Shown here: positions 46,894 to 57,373 of the stretch, piece by piece
How positions within the stretch are numbered: the stretch's first letter is position 1
Layout: each line of letters begins with the position of its first letter
Origin: Candidatus Wolfebacteria bacterium GW2011_GWE2_44_13
Lineage (GTDB): Bacteria > Patescibacteriota > Minisyncoccia > UBA6257 > UBA9933
DNA: 64,000 bases
Assembly: GCA_001000675.1 (NCBI GenBank)
Contig: LCHW01000003.1
Span: forward strand, 67,873-131,872
Direction of reading: 5' to 3'
Position numbers and translations under genes: made by a program
The notes under the pieces: model-generated
Seen by the model: only the letters and a program-made list of their open reading frames with translations
Databases searched by the model: none
Told to the model about the DNA's origin: nothing

Positions 46894-48123
46894 TTATGGA
46901 ATTATTTGTTTAAATATTTTCTTTATTATTCTCACGATCTGATTCCCTTCAGGGTCGTGTCCTCCACCCAGTTGATGACTCCCTTCGACCAGCAGCCCTG
47001 CTGCTACAATAAATTGCACGTCTTCAAGCTTTTCAAGCATGTCTTGGCTTACCACATCAAATATATTCACTTCACAATTTGCCATATGCACTGGCAAATT
47101 TAATTCATGTCGCGCGAGTTCGATAATACCCGAGGTCTTCGAACCTCCGCCGCACAATATCACTCCTGCGGGCAAGTGCGTTTTCTTTACTGCACGCAAT
47201 TCATTTCCTACGAGCTCAAATATTTCTGCCAATCGCGATTCAATAACCTCTACAACTTCCTTTCGCGTAATTACTCCTTTTAACTTTGAATCAACCTCAC
47301 TGAGATCAATCTTTTCTTTTGTCGATATATCTCGCGCTGATGCATGTCCAAATTTCACCTTAATCTTTTCTGCGGTTGCGATTGATGACTTTAGCTTTAC
47401 CGCGAGATCGTTTGTGATATGTGCTGCGCCGATAGGAAATACCTTTATGCTCGCTAGTTTATTTTCCTCGAACACTACCATACTTGTTGTTCCTGCGCCG
47501 ATATCGATTAATACTACTCCTAGATCCTTATGTGCCTTTGTTAGTGCGGCATGGGAAGCAGCAATCGGACCATATACAATATTTTCATCTTCGATACGTC
47601 CATCTGCTTGATCAACTGCCTGTGTTAAATTATTTAAAATCTCGCTAAATGCGCTCACGATCATACTGGAAACTTCTAATCGCGTTCCAGTCATTCCTAA
47701 CGGTTTTTGGATTTGGTCTACTCCGTCAACAATATACTCCTGTACTAATGTATGAATCTTTTTTAAATTCTTATCTGTCCTGATTGCTTCAGACCCGGCA
47801 ATTGCCCGATCCATATCCTCCTGACTTATCTCGCTCGTTCCTCGCGATACTGCAGCGATTCCGCGCGAACTATTTACCATAACGCGCTTTCCGTTTACAT
47901 TCACAAATAAATTATCGAGGACTGACTTATCAATCCCTGCAATTTCATCAAATGCCGCCGCAAGTGCTACGGCCGCAGCATCCACGTCGGTTACCTCTCC
48001 TTTATTCACTCCCCCTGAAGGAACTTTAATAGCCTCTACGATTGATAGCTTTCCGTCTTTACCGACTTCCGCAACCAATAATTTTATTTCCGCTGTTCCT
48101 AAATCAAGTGCAGTGATAAACAT
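46894..48123 (-). CDS. ftsA: Cell division protein FtsA
   Basis: ALDLGT, PLGMTGTRLE, LIDIGAGTT, AEKIK, LCGGGS; upstream of ftsZ. Confidence 0.95.
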   Translation of the reverse strand: MFITALDLGTAEIKLLVAEVGKDGKLSIVEAIKVPSGGVNKGEVTDVDAAAVALAAAFDEIAGIDKSVLDNLFVNVNGKRVMVNSSRGIAAVSRGTSEISQEDMDRAIAGSEAIRTDKNLKKIHTLVQEYIVDGVDQIQKPLGMTGTRLEVSSMIVSAFSEILNNLTQAVDQADGRIEDENIVYGPIAASHAALTKAHKDLGVVLIDIGAGTTSMVVFEENKLASIKVFPIGAAHITNDLAVKLKSSIATAEKIKVKFGHASARDISTKEKIDLSEVDSKLKGVITRKEVVEVIESRLAEIFELVGNELRAVKKTHLPAGVILCGGGSKTSGIIELARHELNLPVHMANCEVNIFDVVSQDMLEKLEDVQFIVAAGLLVEGSHQLGGGHDPEGNQIVRIIKKIFKQIIP

Positions 48124-48159
48124 GTGGGGTAAATTTCTAATAAATAATAGTTTTCTCTT

Positions 48160-48606
48160 TTATAATGACTTCATTATTTGCGCTTCTTTTTTTTCCATCG
48201 TTACAGCGTCTTTATCCTCAATATGATCATATCCAAAGAGATGCAGCACTCCATGTACGAGTAAAAAGTCTATTCCCAGAAAACCTTCGGCTTTCTTTTT
48301 GCTCTTTTTAACCCACCAATCGCTCGACATGTCCGGATTAAGATAAATTTCTCCTTTCCTTTGTACTCCATCTTTGGGATGCACAAATTGCTTCGGCTCT
48401 TCAAAACTCAACACATTTGTTGAAGCATCTTTCCCTCGATACTTCTTATTCAACGCTCGCATCTTTCTGTTCCCGATTAAAAACACTTCGATTGACACAC
48501 CCTCTTTTTTTAGAACTGCAAGAATCTCCAATACCTTTTTTTGTACTGGACGAGCGAGTGTCTCAAACTTCTTTTCGATGCTTTGCACCGTTACTGCATT
48601 GGTCAT
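48160..48606 (-). CDS. ybeY: rRNA maturation endoribonuclease YbeY
   Basis: LNKKYRGKD.STNVLSF, VHGVLHLFGYDH; start placed at 48606. Confidence 0.93.
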   Translation of the reverse strand: MTNAVTVQSIEKKFETLARPVQKKVLEILAVLKKEGVSIEVFLIGNRKMRALNKKYRGKDASTNVLSFEEPKQFVHPKDGVQRKGEIYLNPDMSSDWWVKKSKKKAEGFLGIDFLLVHGVLHLFGYDHIEDKDAVTMEKKEAQIMKSL

Positions 48607-48698
48607 ACTGTGATGCGTTACCCTGATTTTATCAAAAGCCCCCCTAAAAAACAAATGCGCCTTTTGGGGCGCATTTGGCAATTTTCTCTATCCTCTAT

Positions 48699-49310
48699 TT
48701 ACAAAAATAGTAACACGAGTATCAGCCCCATTAACAGGAATGGCCCATTCTTTTCCAAAAATAGCTCCACCCCGTACCATTTTTTGGGCAACAGCATAAA
48801 CAATACCTTTGACCCATCGAGTGGCGGCAATGGGACCAAGTTAATAACCCCGAGCCACATACTTACTTGTACAATAACCCCTAATAATCCTGGTAATATT
48901 GGGTTTATTGTTGCAAACCAGCCACCTTGCCAAGGGAATACCTGCGCAAACATATCAACATGCGCCCCTGAAATGGCGAGCATACCATAAAATATTCCCG
49001 CAATTATAAAATTACTCGCCGGACCAGCAAGTGCAATCAGCCCGCTATCCCTCTTTGGCCTCTTCAAAAATGCTGGGTTGAATGGAACTGGCCTTGCCCA
49101 ACCAAACAAAATCGGGCTTTGCAACATAAACAACATGGCCGGTAGAAATATCGATCCCATCGGATCAATGTGCTTTACCGGATTCAACGTTAACCGCCCC
49201 GCATCCTTTGCAGTCGGATCGCCTAACTTGTATGCCATAGCACCATGTGCCACTTCGTGGATAATTGCGGCAAACAAAAATACAAATAAATAGAAAAATG
49301 AGATAATCAT
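48699..49310 (-). CDS. Site-2 protease (M50) family
   Basis: HEVAHG, GRLTLNP, AGPASN, NLVPLPPLDG. Confidence 0.93.
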   Translation of the reverse strand: MIISFFYLFVFLFAAIIHEVAHGAMAYKLGDPTAKDAGRLTLNPVKHIDPMGSIFLPAMLFMLQSPILFGWARPVPFNPAFLKRPKRDSGLIALAGPASNFIIAGIFYGMLAISGAHVDMFAQVFPWQGGWFATINPILPGLLGVIVQVSMWLGVINLVPLPPLDGSKVLFMLLPKKWYGVELFLEKNGPFLLMGLILVLLFL

Positions 49311-49353
49311 GTCTTTACTATAGTATACGAACGAATGATGCGCGGAACAAGAG

Positions 49354-50763
49354 TTATAACTCTATACAATAATCACAATTGTTAATTATTTCTTCCCTGT
49401 TTTCCGCTATCAACACCGTATTATTTTTATCGATAATCTTTTGTAACACTTTCATAAGTGTCGGCAAATTACTTAAATGCAGCCCTCGAGACGGTATGTC
49501 TAAAATATATACACATCGATCGCTTAGTTTTTTGGATAGTATCTTTGCTAAACGCACTCGTTGTGCCTCTCCCCCGCTTAAGGTGTTTGATCGTTGCCCG
49601 AGTTCTAAATAACCCAGCCCAACCTCCTGTAAAAATCCTAGCTTCCTTACTACTAAGGAGTTCTCCGCAAATAGCTCCACTGCTTCATCTATCGTCATTT
49701 CTAATACATTAGCGATGGACTTATCTTTATATACCGCACGACTTATTTTTTCGTTCGTTTTTTTATCTCTTTTTATATTAAAGCTAAAGGCCGATTTCCC
49801 TAATCGCAGCTTTTTGCTTTCTGGAAGTTTCGCATATACATCCCGGATACTATCCCATATGCCTAGATATGTTGCTGGAGTACTCGTTGCGACTGCACTC
49901 AACAAGGATTGATCCACAAAATATGATCGTCTAATATTTGTCTTTCCCTCAATCGATTCAAATCCCTTCCTTACTTTCCATGCACCAGCGCCCTTAAATA
50001 AAGCACCATACACAACAGAAAGCATTGTCGACTTACCAGAGCCCATTCCCCCTGCAATACAAACGAGACTCCCTAACGGGAATTTCATTTCTCCGTTTTT
50101 TATATTATTTTTATTAATTCCTTTTATCGCCAGCCATTTCCGCTGCATTGCTTGCGCTTTATTGTTTGGATTCCTTTTATAATCAATTTGCTCAGCTCGA
50201 TTTGAAAATGCATACACTGCGGTTTGCGTCTTTGCCTTTTTAAATTCCTCCATCGAACCTTCGAAAATAACCTCGCCTCCTTTTGCTCCTGCGTCTGGGC
50301 CGAATTCTATCACATACTCTGCGCTTCTTATGATGTCTTTGTTATGCTCTACAACAATAACTGAAGCGCCCATTTTTACTATCTCTCTTAAAAGACTTAC
50401 AATGCCATCTCTGTCCTTTTTTGCCATTCCTGCGCATGGCTCATCCACAATCAATAAGTCTCCTGCCTTTACTTCTTTCACCATCTCTCGTAACCGCTTG
50501 TTATTCGTTTCCCCTAAGCTCATTCGCCCCTGTGCCTTTACTTTTTGGCTGATGGCAAATACTTTCGGCAGCGGTCCTACTTCTGCCTCTACAGAATGCC
50601 CTTGCGATGCCTTAACGATAACGTCGTATATGAGTGACGATTTTCCACTCCCGCTCTTTCCTACTATTACTACTAGCTTATTTAGCGGGATATCGACGCT
50701 TATATTTTTTAAATTATTTGCGGTGGCGTTCTTAATGCGAATTGTGTCTATTTTCTTTTTCAT
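49354..50763 (-). CDS. Miniature UvrA-like ABC ATPase
   Basis: NNLKNISVDIP, GKSGSGKSSL, GMGSGKST, LGYLELGQ..TLSGGEAQRVRLA; 469 aa, no Zn fingers. Confidence 0.85.
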   Translation of the reverse strand: MKKKIDTIRIKNATANNLKNISVDIPLNKLVVIVGKSGSGKSSLIYDVIVKASQGHSVEAEVGPLPKVFAISQKVKAQGRMSLGETNNKRLREMVKEVKAGDLLIVDEPCAGMAKKDRDGIVSLLREIVKMGASVIVVEHNKDIIRSAEYVIEFGPDAGAKGGEVIFEGSMEEFKKAKTQTAVYAFSNRAEQIDYKRNPNNKAQAMQRKWLAIKGINKNNIKNGEMKFPLGSLVCIAGGMGSGKSTMLSVVYGALFKGAGAWKVRKGFESIEGKTNIRRSYFVDQSLLSAVATSTPATYLGIWDSIRDVYAKLPESKKLRLGKSAFSFNIKRDKKTNEKISRAVYKDKSIANVLEMTIDEAVELFAENSLVVRKLGFLQEVGLGYLELGQRSNTLSGGEAQRVRLAKILSKKLSDRCVYILDIPSRGLHLSNLPTLMKVLQKIIDKNNTVLIAENREEIINNCDYCIEL

Positions 50764-52064
50764 GCGATATCTGTTTTTACACTTATTTTCCCATATTCTC
50801 CATCATACCCTGGCAGGATAGTTACGTTGCCTTTGCGCATATTCATAATTCCCTGCACCACCTGTTCATCCGCATGTATTTTCAACTCTTTTTCTGAAAT
50901 ATGCATCAGTATATCAAGTTCCGTACCACATCCAATAATTAACCGCTCATACGCAGCCCGCACTTTTTTTGTCTTTACGCCAACTCCTAATGTATCGGAT
51001 AAAATCTCATCCAGTTGAATAACGGCATAAAATGGAACGCAATTCTCTGCCGTGCGCATATTTCCTTTTTCTGTTACCGCTCTCTTTGCATCGGCAAGTA
51101 CCCCTATTCTATTAAGTACTCCTACTGTTACCGGCTTTTTACATACCGGACACAACCCTTTATTTTTTTTCGTTTCCTTCGGCGTCATCGATATATTACA
51201 TACTCGATGCCCGTCGTGGTAATACTTTCCTTCAGCGGAGAAAAATTCTAGTGTCGCGATAATACGGTTAGCGCTCATGGACCCCCGCGTTCGCGAGGAT
51301 GACATATGTGCGGGACTGCTATTTATGATCGCGCCCCTAATTCCCTTATATGACAGCTCTGCGTCAAAAATTGTCGCCTCTCGTCCAATTTTTTGTGGAC
51401 TATGCGAATCTGAATTTGAAATCATAGCAACAGCATCTAAGCCGGAACATTGCCAATTCATTGCCGGATCACTAGAGAGCCCTGTTTCTACTGCAATTAT
51501 TTTATCGGTATATGCACCAAAACATTCCTGCAGCGAGTCAAACCCGGACATCGACCCAAGCACGCCAAACCACGGTGTCCATAGATGCGCCGGTATCATC
51601 ATCGCTGTTGGTTCGATATCGAATAGTATTTTTGCTAAAACCTCACAATCGATTCCCAAAATCGGACGCCCATCAGAAACGATATTCCCCCGCTTTCCTA
51701 ACTCGGTATTTAATTTTTTCGCGCTCTCGAGCGATGGCAGCAAAATAATATTGTGCACTCTGCGTGTTTTTCCTCCGCGCGAATAGATACTCGATATTTC
51801 GCCCGAAAGAATAAATCGTGTGTCTGCCACCACGCCTCGCATCGTTGTACGCTTATATTTCTTTTTCAATCGAAACAAGCCTTGCTCTGCAGGCTCTAAT
51901 TTATCAGACAATTCCTTAAACCACTTCGGATGCGTACAATCCCCTGTTCCTATAACGGTAATTCCCTTTTCGCCGGCAACCTTATCAATTTCTTCCAAAA
52001 TCATATCCTTACTCGTTGCTCGGCTATATTTTGAATGCATATGTAAATCCGCAATGAATTTCAT
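50760..52064 (-). CDS. PHP-domain nuclease, EndoQ/TIGR00375-like
   Basis: ADLHMHSKYSRATS, GTGDCTHP, PAHLWTPWF, ETGLSSD, SNSDSHS, GKYYHDGHRVC..CPVC, PGYDGEYG. Confidence 0.88.
   Translation of the reverse strand: MKFIADLHMHSKYSRATSKDMILEEIDKVAGEKGITVIGTGDCTHPKWFKELSDKLEPAEQGLFRLKKKYKRTTMRGVVADTRFILSGEISSIYSRGGKTRRVHNIILLPSLESAKKLNTELGKRGNIVSDGRPILGIDCEVLAKILFDIEPTAMMIPAHLWTPWFGVLGSMSGFDSLQECFGAYTDKIIAVETGLSSDPAMNWQCSGLDAVAMISNSDSHSPQKIGREATIFDAELSYKGIRGAIINSSPAHMSSSRTRGSMSANRIIATLEFFSAEGKYYHDGHRVCNISMTPKETKKNKGLCPVCKKPVTVGVLNRIGVLADAKRAVTEKGNMRTAENCVPFYAVIQLDEILSDTLGVGVKTKKVRAAYERLIIGCGTELDILMHISEKELKIHADEQVVQGIMNMRKGNVTILPGYDGEYGKISVKTDIA
51278..51304. repeat. REP-like palindrome inside the EndoQ-like CDS
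   Basis: Minus strand TGTCATCCTCGCGAACGCGGGGGTCCA, read in frame as MSSSRTRGSM. Confidence 0.8.
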
Positions 52065-52149
52065 ATGTGCATAATACATCCTCTACCTTTTTTCTACAAT
52101 AAAAAAGTAGCCCCCGTCCATGTGGGCTACTTTTTATACGGCTCCCTCT

Positions 52150-53220
52150 TTAGGCTTTTGCCTCTTTCTCTTTTACTGGAGCTTCTGGTTCTTTTTCTCC
52201 CATCGCTTTCATCGCCTGTGCGATTGCTGCGTTTGTTTTTTTGCGAATTGCTTCCACCATCTTCTTATTTGCTTTCAATGCTTCGCGTGCTGCTTCTACG
52301 CCCACGCCAAGCTTTTCTCCTTCAAATGCATAGGTATTTCCATTCTTATCGATTGTGCTCATCTTCAAGCCCATAGTAAGAATATCCCCTTCGTAAGAAA
52401 TCCCCTCTCCATACATAATATCGAATTCAGTCGCTTTGAATGGAGGAGCAACTTTATTCTTAACTACCTTTACCGTTACTCTGTTTCCGATTACATCTTC
52501 ACCTTTCTTAATCTGCGCATTGCGGCGGATATCAAGACGAACTGAAGAATAGAACTTTAGCGCACGACCTCCTGGTGTTGTTTCTGGGCTTCCAAACATG
52601 ACGCCAATTTTTTCTCGAATCTGGTTGATGAAAATAATGAGCACCTTTTTTCTGTCTGCGAGTGCTACCAACTTACGCAATGCTTGTCCCATAAGACGTG
52701 CTTGCAATCCCATAAACTGGGCACCCATCTCTCCTTCGATTTCTGCACGGGGCGTCAACGCTGCCACCGAGTCAACAATAATAATGTCGAGAATTCCCGA
52801 GCTTACTAAGCTTTCTAGAATATTTAGCGCTTCTTCTCCGCTATCTGGCTGTGAAATAAGTAAGTCGTTTACCCTTACCCCGAGCTTTTGCGCGTAGTCA
52901 GGATCGAGTGCGTGTTCTGCATCAATAAACGCAGCGCGCCCCCCTTTCTTTTGCGCCTCGGCAATCGCGTGTAATGCAAGGGTCGTTTTCCCAGAACTTT
53001 CTGGCCCATAAATTTCTACGATACGTCCTTTTGGATATCCCCCCACTCCTAATGCAATATCCAACGAGAATGAGCCCGACGGAATAACATCCACGTGTAC
53101 CCGCTTAATATCATTCAGCTTCATAATTGCTCCATCGCCAAACTTACTCTGCATCGATTCGAGCAATTGATCCATATCCTTCACTTCTCCATCCGCTTGT
53201 TTTACTTTTTTTGTAGCCAT
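52150..53220 (-). CDS. recA: Recombinase RecA
   Basis: [35 protein letters not shown]; start MATKK at 53220. Confidence 0.98.
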   Translation of the reverse strand: MATKKVKQADGEVKDMDQLLESMQSKFGDGAIMKLNDIKRVHVDVIPSGSFSLDIALGVGGYPKGRIVEIYGPESSGKTTLALHAIAEAQKKGGRAAFIDAEHALDPDYAQKLGVRVNDLLISQPDSGEEALNILESLVSSGILDIIIVDSVAALTPRAEIEGEMGAQFMGLQARLMGQALRKLVALADRKKVLIIFINQIREKIGVMFGSPETTPGGRALKFYSSVRLDIRRNAQIKKGEDVIGNRVTVKVVKNKVAPPFKATEFDIMYGEGISYEGDILTMGLKMSTIDKNGNTYAFEGEKLGVGVEAAREALKANKKMVEAIRKKTNAAIAQAMKAMGEKEPEAPVKEKEAKA

Positions 53221-53242
53221 GATAATAAAATTATTTTTGTAA

Positions 53243-53269
53243 TGGATTCCCGCCTTCGCGGGAATGACA
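53243..53269. repeat. REP-like palindrome
   Basis: TGGATTCCCGCCTTCGCGGGAATGACA. Confidence 0.9.
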
Positions 53270-53280
53270 GGCCCGCGGGC

Positions 53281-53397
53281 ACTTGTGTATTTGGATAAAG
53301 TGCGCGGCGCGGGGAAGTCGGCGAGGAAGGTGTGCTGATTGTACACCGACCGATCCGACGGGGCTCCATAACGAAGCAATTTGCCAAATACACAAGT
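53281..53397. mobile_element. 117-bp MITE/RPE-like element with 14-bp terminal inverted repeats
   Basis: ACTTGTGTATTTGG (53281-53294) / CCAAATACACAAGT (53384-53397), GC-rich interior. Confidence 0.65.
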
Positions 53398-53398
53398 T

Positions 53399-54037
53399 TT
53401 ATTGTTGGTAGATTATTTGTTTAACCGTTATAGACTCTTTCCCTAATAATCGCTTCACCTTGAACTCTACACTATTGATTCCTGGCTCCAAGGAAATATT
53501 CTTTTCAAAATATCCGTTTCTGTCTATCGCTATATCTTCGTTGTTTATTGTAAGATATTCTCCTGGATTGATTTTACCGCGTAAGTCGATTGCCGATTCA
53601 TATACAACCACACTGTCTTCGATTGGATTCTGAATGTCAATTGCAGCTCCACCAATATTTTTTTTCACAATAATCGTTGCGACAATGAGCAGTACAACGA
53701 TTGCGATAATCGCTCCAATCTTTTTCCTATTCACTCGTTTAAATGCGAATCGGTTTGCTGGAAGCCTATCCCCCATGCCCGACGTTTTAAGCTCTTGCTG
53801 TTTTTTGTATGCTTGCCACAGTTGCTGCCCCTCGAGCCCAAGTGCTCCCGCTATTTTTATTAAATAGCCACGCACATACGGAGCAGGCGGAAGACCCTTT
53901 TGCTCGTCATCCAAAAACAATACAATGTATCGCTCTGGGATGTCGGTTAGCTCTGCTAAGCGGGCAATGGATACCTTCTTTTCGCGCATCGACTCCTCTA
54001 ATAATTCTTTTACTGTTGTTCGTTCTTCCATAATCAT
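53399..54037 (-). CDS. RodZ-like HTH membrane protein
   Basis: N-terminal HTH with [10 protein letters not shown], one TM, C-terminal Ig-like LEPGIN; downstream of ftsK. Confidence 0.8.
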   Translation of the reverse strand: MIMEERTTVKELLEESMREKKVSIARLAELTDIPERYIVLFLDDEQKGLPPAPYVRGYLIKIAGALGLEGQQLWQAYKKQQELKTSGMGDRLPANRFAFKRVNRKKIGAIIAIVVLLIVATIIVKKNIGGAAIDIQNPIEDSVVVYESAIDLRGKINPGEYLTINNEDIAIDRNGYFEKNISLEPGINSVEFKVKRLLGKESITVKQIIYQQ

Positions 54038-56205
54038 TCTCCTTCTTTTAGAAATACTTCACGAGGATTCGCGCCTTTCGACGGGCCAACGATTCCTTTT
54101 TCTTCCATAATATCCAGCAATCGCGCTGCTCGAGCATATCCCACCTTCAACCTCCGCTGTAATAGGGACGCTGAAGCTTTTTCTGCCTGTACAACAACTT
54201 CAATGGCTTGTTCAAGCAGTTCGTCTTCATCGCCGTTTCCGGAGAATGCGTCGAATATTCCTGCGCCTTCTCCATCCCCCTCGCTTGCGGGTTTCGCGTC
54301 AAAAGATACTTCTTCGCCCATTATATCCTTATTTTTCTCCTTAATAAACTCTGCTACTTTTTGGATCTCTTCTTCAGATACAAACGCTCCTTGAATGCGC
54401 TTTGGTTTATCATGGGTCATAACGAGCATATCCCCTCCTCCGAGCAATTTTTCTGCACCCGACATATCCAAAATTGTGCGCGAGTCTATTTGGCTCGCTA
54501 CCTGTAACGCAATACGCGCAGGAATATTTGCCTTAATAAGCCCTGTAACAACTTCTACGGATGGTCGCTGCGTGGAAAGAATCAAATGGATTCCCGTCGC
54601 GCGCGCCATCTGTGCAATGCGCACAATAGAACCTTCTACTTCTTTCCCATAGGTGCTCATTAAGTCGGCAAGCTCGTCTACGACAATCACAACGTATGGT
54701 AGGGTTTCACTTGGATTTTTCTTATTATAACTTCCTAAGTCACGTGATCCTGCGTGCTCAAACATTTCATATCGTCTATCCATTTCGTTTAGCGCCCATC
54801 GAAATACGCCCATTGATTTCTTTGACTGAGTCACTACCGGTGCGATTAAATGCGGAATGCCCGAATACACAGAAAGTTCTACGCGCTTCGGATCGATCAT
54901 AATTAACCGCAATGTTTTTGGCGAGTTCTTATACAGCAGTGACAAAATAATCGAGTGAATCGTCACAGACTTTCCTGATCCTGTGCTTCCTGCAACGAGT
55001 AAGTGCGGCATCTTTGCAATATTCGCAAACATCGGCTCCCCTGTTACATCACGACCAACTGCAAAACTTAACTGACCACTTTCTGCAAATTCCGGATAAT
55101 TAATCAAGCTCCCTAAGCGAACTACCGCGGCGGCTTTATTTGGCACTTCAATACCTACTAATGATTTTCCTGGAATTGGGGCTTCGATACGAATAGGATG
55201 TGCAGCAAGTGCAAGTGCAAGGTCTTGATTCAACGCAGTAATGCGGGACAGCTTTACGCCCTCCGCCGGCTTCAAGGTAAATCGCGTTACCTTCGGCCCC
55301 ACGTTAATTTCTCCCATTTCTACTACAATGCCAAAACTCTCCAATGTGCGCTTAATAATGTTCGCGTTTGCACGCAAATCTCCTGATTGTGGTTTTTCTA
55401 CGGACGAGCGCAACAGATCAAGCGGTGGAAATACGTAATCTTTATCGTCTTGTGTACTTAATGTCTCACCCTTTTTAGGCTTACTCGCTATGACGGATGC
55501 TATTTTTTCTCGCATCGTCGATTCAACAATGATTTCTTCTTCTGTTTCCTCTTCTATCTCTTCTGCTTTTTCCTCTTCCTTCTTGACCGATTCCTTCAAC
55601 GCCTCTGACTCTTCTTCTACGCCCTCCTCTTCTTCTACGACCCATTCTTTTCCTTCTCGCTTGATTCTAATAGGAAGATTTAGCGTTACTAAAAATGAAA
55701 CGATGAGCATAATAACGATTACGATAATCGCTGCCGTATATCCAAATAGCGACTCCAACGCGCCCACCATCTTCCCCATGAATCCTCCGTTATCTGGAGA
55801 CAGCACATCGATCAATCCAAGTCCTGATAATACAAACAGTCCTGCGCCAAAAAAAGTAATTCCGTATATCTTTCTTCGTTCTGATGTCAAAAACACTCCG
55901 CCCATTACCGTAAGGATTAGCGGCAACAAATAATACCCCCAACCAAACAAGCTGCGGAATATGTCATACAAAAAATTTCCTGCTGGACCAGCATTTTGAA
56001 AACCTGCCAAAAGTAATATTACGGCTACCCCAAATAAAATGACTGCCCAAATACTTTTTTTCGTTTCTGGGTGCAATCGCAAATCAGGCAAAAATCCGCC
56101 CCCTTCTTCTTCGGCCTCCACGTCCTTTGGCTTTCTCCCTCTCTTTTTTGCAATAGCTTTTTCCTCCTGCTCTTTAAGCTCTTTTTTAGTCTTCTTTTTC
56201 GCCAT
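54034..56205 (-). CDS. ftsK: DNA translocase FtsK/SpoIIIE
   Basis: 4 TM, PHLLVAGSTGSGKS, DELADLM, TQRPS, GAEKLLG, gamma domain LQRRLKVGYARAAR; start at 56205. Confidence 0.97.
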   Translation of the reverse strand: MAKKKTKKELKEQEEKAIAKKRGRKPKDVEAEEEGGGFLPDLRLHPETKKSIWAVILFGVAVILLLAGFQNAGPAGNFLYDIFRSLFGWGYYLLPLILTVMGGVFLTSERRKIYGITFFGAGLFVLSGLGLIDVLSPDNGGFMGKMVGALESLFGYTAAIIVIVIMLIVSFLVTLNLPIRIKREGKEWVVEEEEGVEEESEALKESVKKEEEKAEEIEEETEEEIIVESTMREKIASVIASKPKKGETLSTQDDKDYVFPPLDLLRSSVEKPQSGDLRANANIIKRTLESFGIVVEMGEINVGPKVTRFTLKPAEGVKLSRITALNQDLALALAAHPIRIEAPIPGKSLVGIEVPNKAAAVVRLGSLINYPEFAESGQLSFAVGRDVTGEPMFANIAKMPHLLVAGSTGSGKSVTIHSIILSLLYKNSPKTLRLIMIDPKRVELSVYSGIPHLIAPVVTQSKKSMGVFRWALNEMDRRYEMFEHAGSRDLGSYNKKNPSETLPYVVIVVDELADLMSTYGKEVEGSIVRIAQMARATGIHLILSTQRPSVEVVTGLIKANIPARIALQVASQIDSRTILDMSGAEKLLGGGDMLVMTHDKPKRIQGAFVSEEEIQKVAEFIKEKNKDIMGEEVSFDAKPASEGDGEGAGIFDAFSGNGDEDELLEQAIEVVVQAEKASASLLQRRLKVGYARAARLLDIMEEKGIVGPSKGANPREVFLKEGE

Positions 56206-56322
56206 TGGCTTCATTGTAGCATCAACAGAGGGCTTAGTTCAAATATGCTAAAACTTGTCGTATATACCATATTATGGTACGGTACTAGTAGTAATCATTC
56301 CCAACCCACAGAGGAGTCGGAT

Positions 56323-56622
56323 ATGAAAAAAGTTCCTTGCCCTCATAAGGGGTACTGCTCAGTCGGCAGTAAACGATGCGTCATTGAATACTACCGCAAT
56401 TGTCGAATCCCCAGTATTCACTACATCACAACCACCCTCACTCACGCCGACTATCAACACCTCGACACACTCGACAAGGTAGCGTTTATCAAAACGTGCT
56501 TCGGCGTGAACACGGCCGAGGTGGAGACAACGTATTCCGCTAGCCAACTTGCCCGAATCGTGCGCGCACGCCTCGACATCACCTTCCCGCCTCCTTTCGA
56601 GCACCCCTCCCTACCGGCTTAA
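56323..56622 (+). CDS. Hypothetical Cys-rich small protein
   Basis: SD GAGGAG before ATG 56323; MKKVPCPHKGYC..C..C; terminator ACCGGC-GCCGGT plus T-tract. Confidence 0.6.
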   Translation: MKKVPCPHKGYCSVGSKRCVIEYYRNCRIPSIHYITTTLTHADYQHLDTLDKVAFIKTCFGVNTAEVETTYSASQLARIVRARLDITFPPPFEHPSLPA

Positions 56623-56667
56623 CCGCCGGTCTTTTTTTATTGCGTGTAATTCCGTATGCTATCGATA

Positions 56668-57369
56668 ATGAAGGATGATAGGCGTACAACGTTTCATATT
56701 GGTATCGATGAAGTTGGTCGCGGTCCGCTTGCTGGCCCTGTTGTTGTATGCGCCGTCGCGATCCCCGCTCGCTGCAAGCCTTCGTCTATTATAAAAAAAT
56801 TTGCATCTCGTTCTTCGATGCAACTTCGAGATTCTAAAAAACTTACTGCGCCACAGCGCGCTCTATGGGCTACTGCAATTAAATCTGATTCGCGTATTTT
56901 TTATTCACTTGCCTCGATGTCTCCGCGTGTAGTCGATCGTATCAATGTCACTCAAGCAGCGAATCATGCCGCAACGCGAGCGGTTGCAAAACTTATCACT
57001 CAACTCCCCGCTCCGGCAAAGATTGAAGTTTTTCTTGATGGAGGAATTTTTCTTCTCGAAACACGAAAAATGAAACATGAAAAACGAGGAAGATTTCTTT
57101 CGACCTGTGTTTATACTGATGCCGAAAAAAAATTTTGTTTCCCCGTGGCCACAATCATAAAGGGTGACGAAAAAATCCCCGCTATCTCTCTTGCCTCCAT
57201 TCTTGCCAAAGAATACCGTGATGCGCTTATGCATCGTGTACATAAAAAATATCCCTTCTACGGATTTGATACGCATGTCGGTTATGGTACAAAAAAACAT
57301 ATTGCCGCAATTCACGCGCATGGTCGCACACCGCACCATCGAGAAAGTTTTCTTAAAAAAATCATCTGA
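56668..57369 (+). CDS. rnhB: Ribonuclease HII
   Basis: GIDEVGRGPLAGPV, LRDSKKL, IIKGD, ASILAK, HVGYGT, HRESF. Confidence 0.95.
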   Translation: MKDDRRTTFHIGIDEVGRGPLAGPVVVCAVAIPARCKPSSIIKKFASRSSMQLRDSKKLTAPQRALWATAIKSDSRIFYSLASMSPRVVDRINVTQAANHAATRAVAKLITQLPAPAKIEVFLDGGIFLLETRKMKHEKRGRFLSTCVYTDAEKKFCFPVATIIKGDEKIPAISLASILAKEYRDALMHRVHKKYPFYGFDTHVGYGTKKHIAAIHAHGRTPHHRESFLKKII

Positions 57370-57373
57370 ATGT

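Noticed and set aside
53221-53379. N-terminal extensions of RecA (also Rpe 9117-9215, hydrolase 37407-37436, M16 peptidase 10511-10561) in the ORF track
   Set aside because: They are translations of REP/MITE or promoter DNA; family-typical starts lie downstream.
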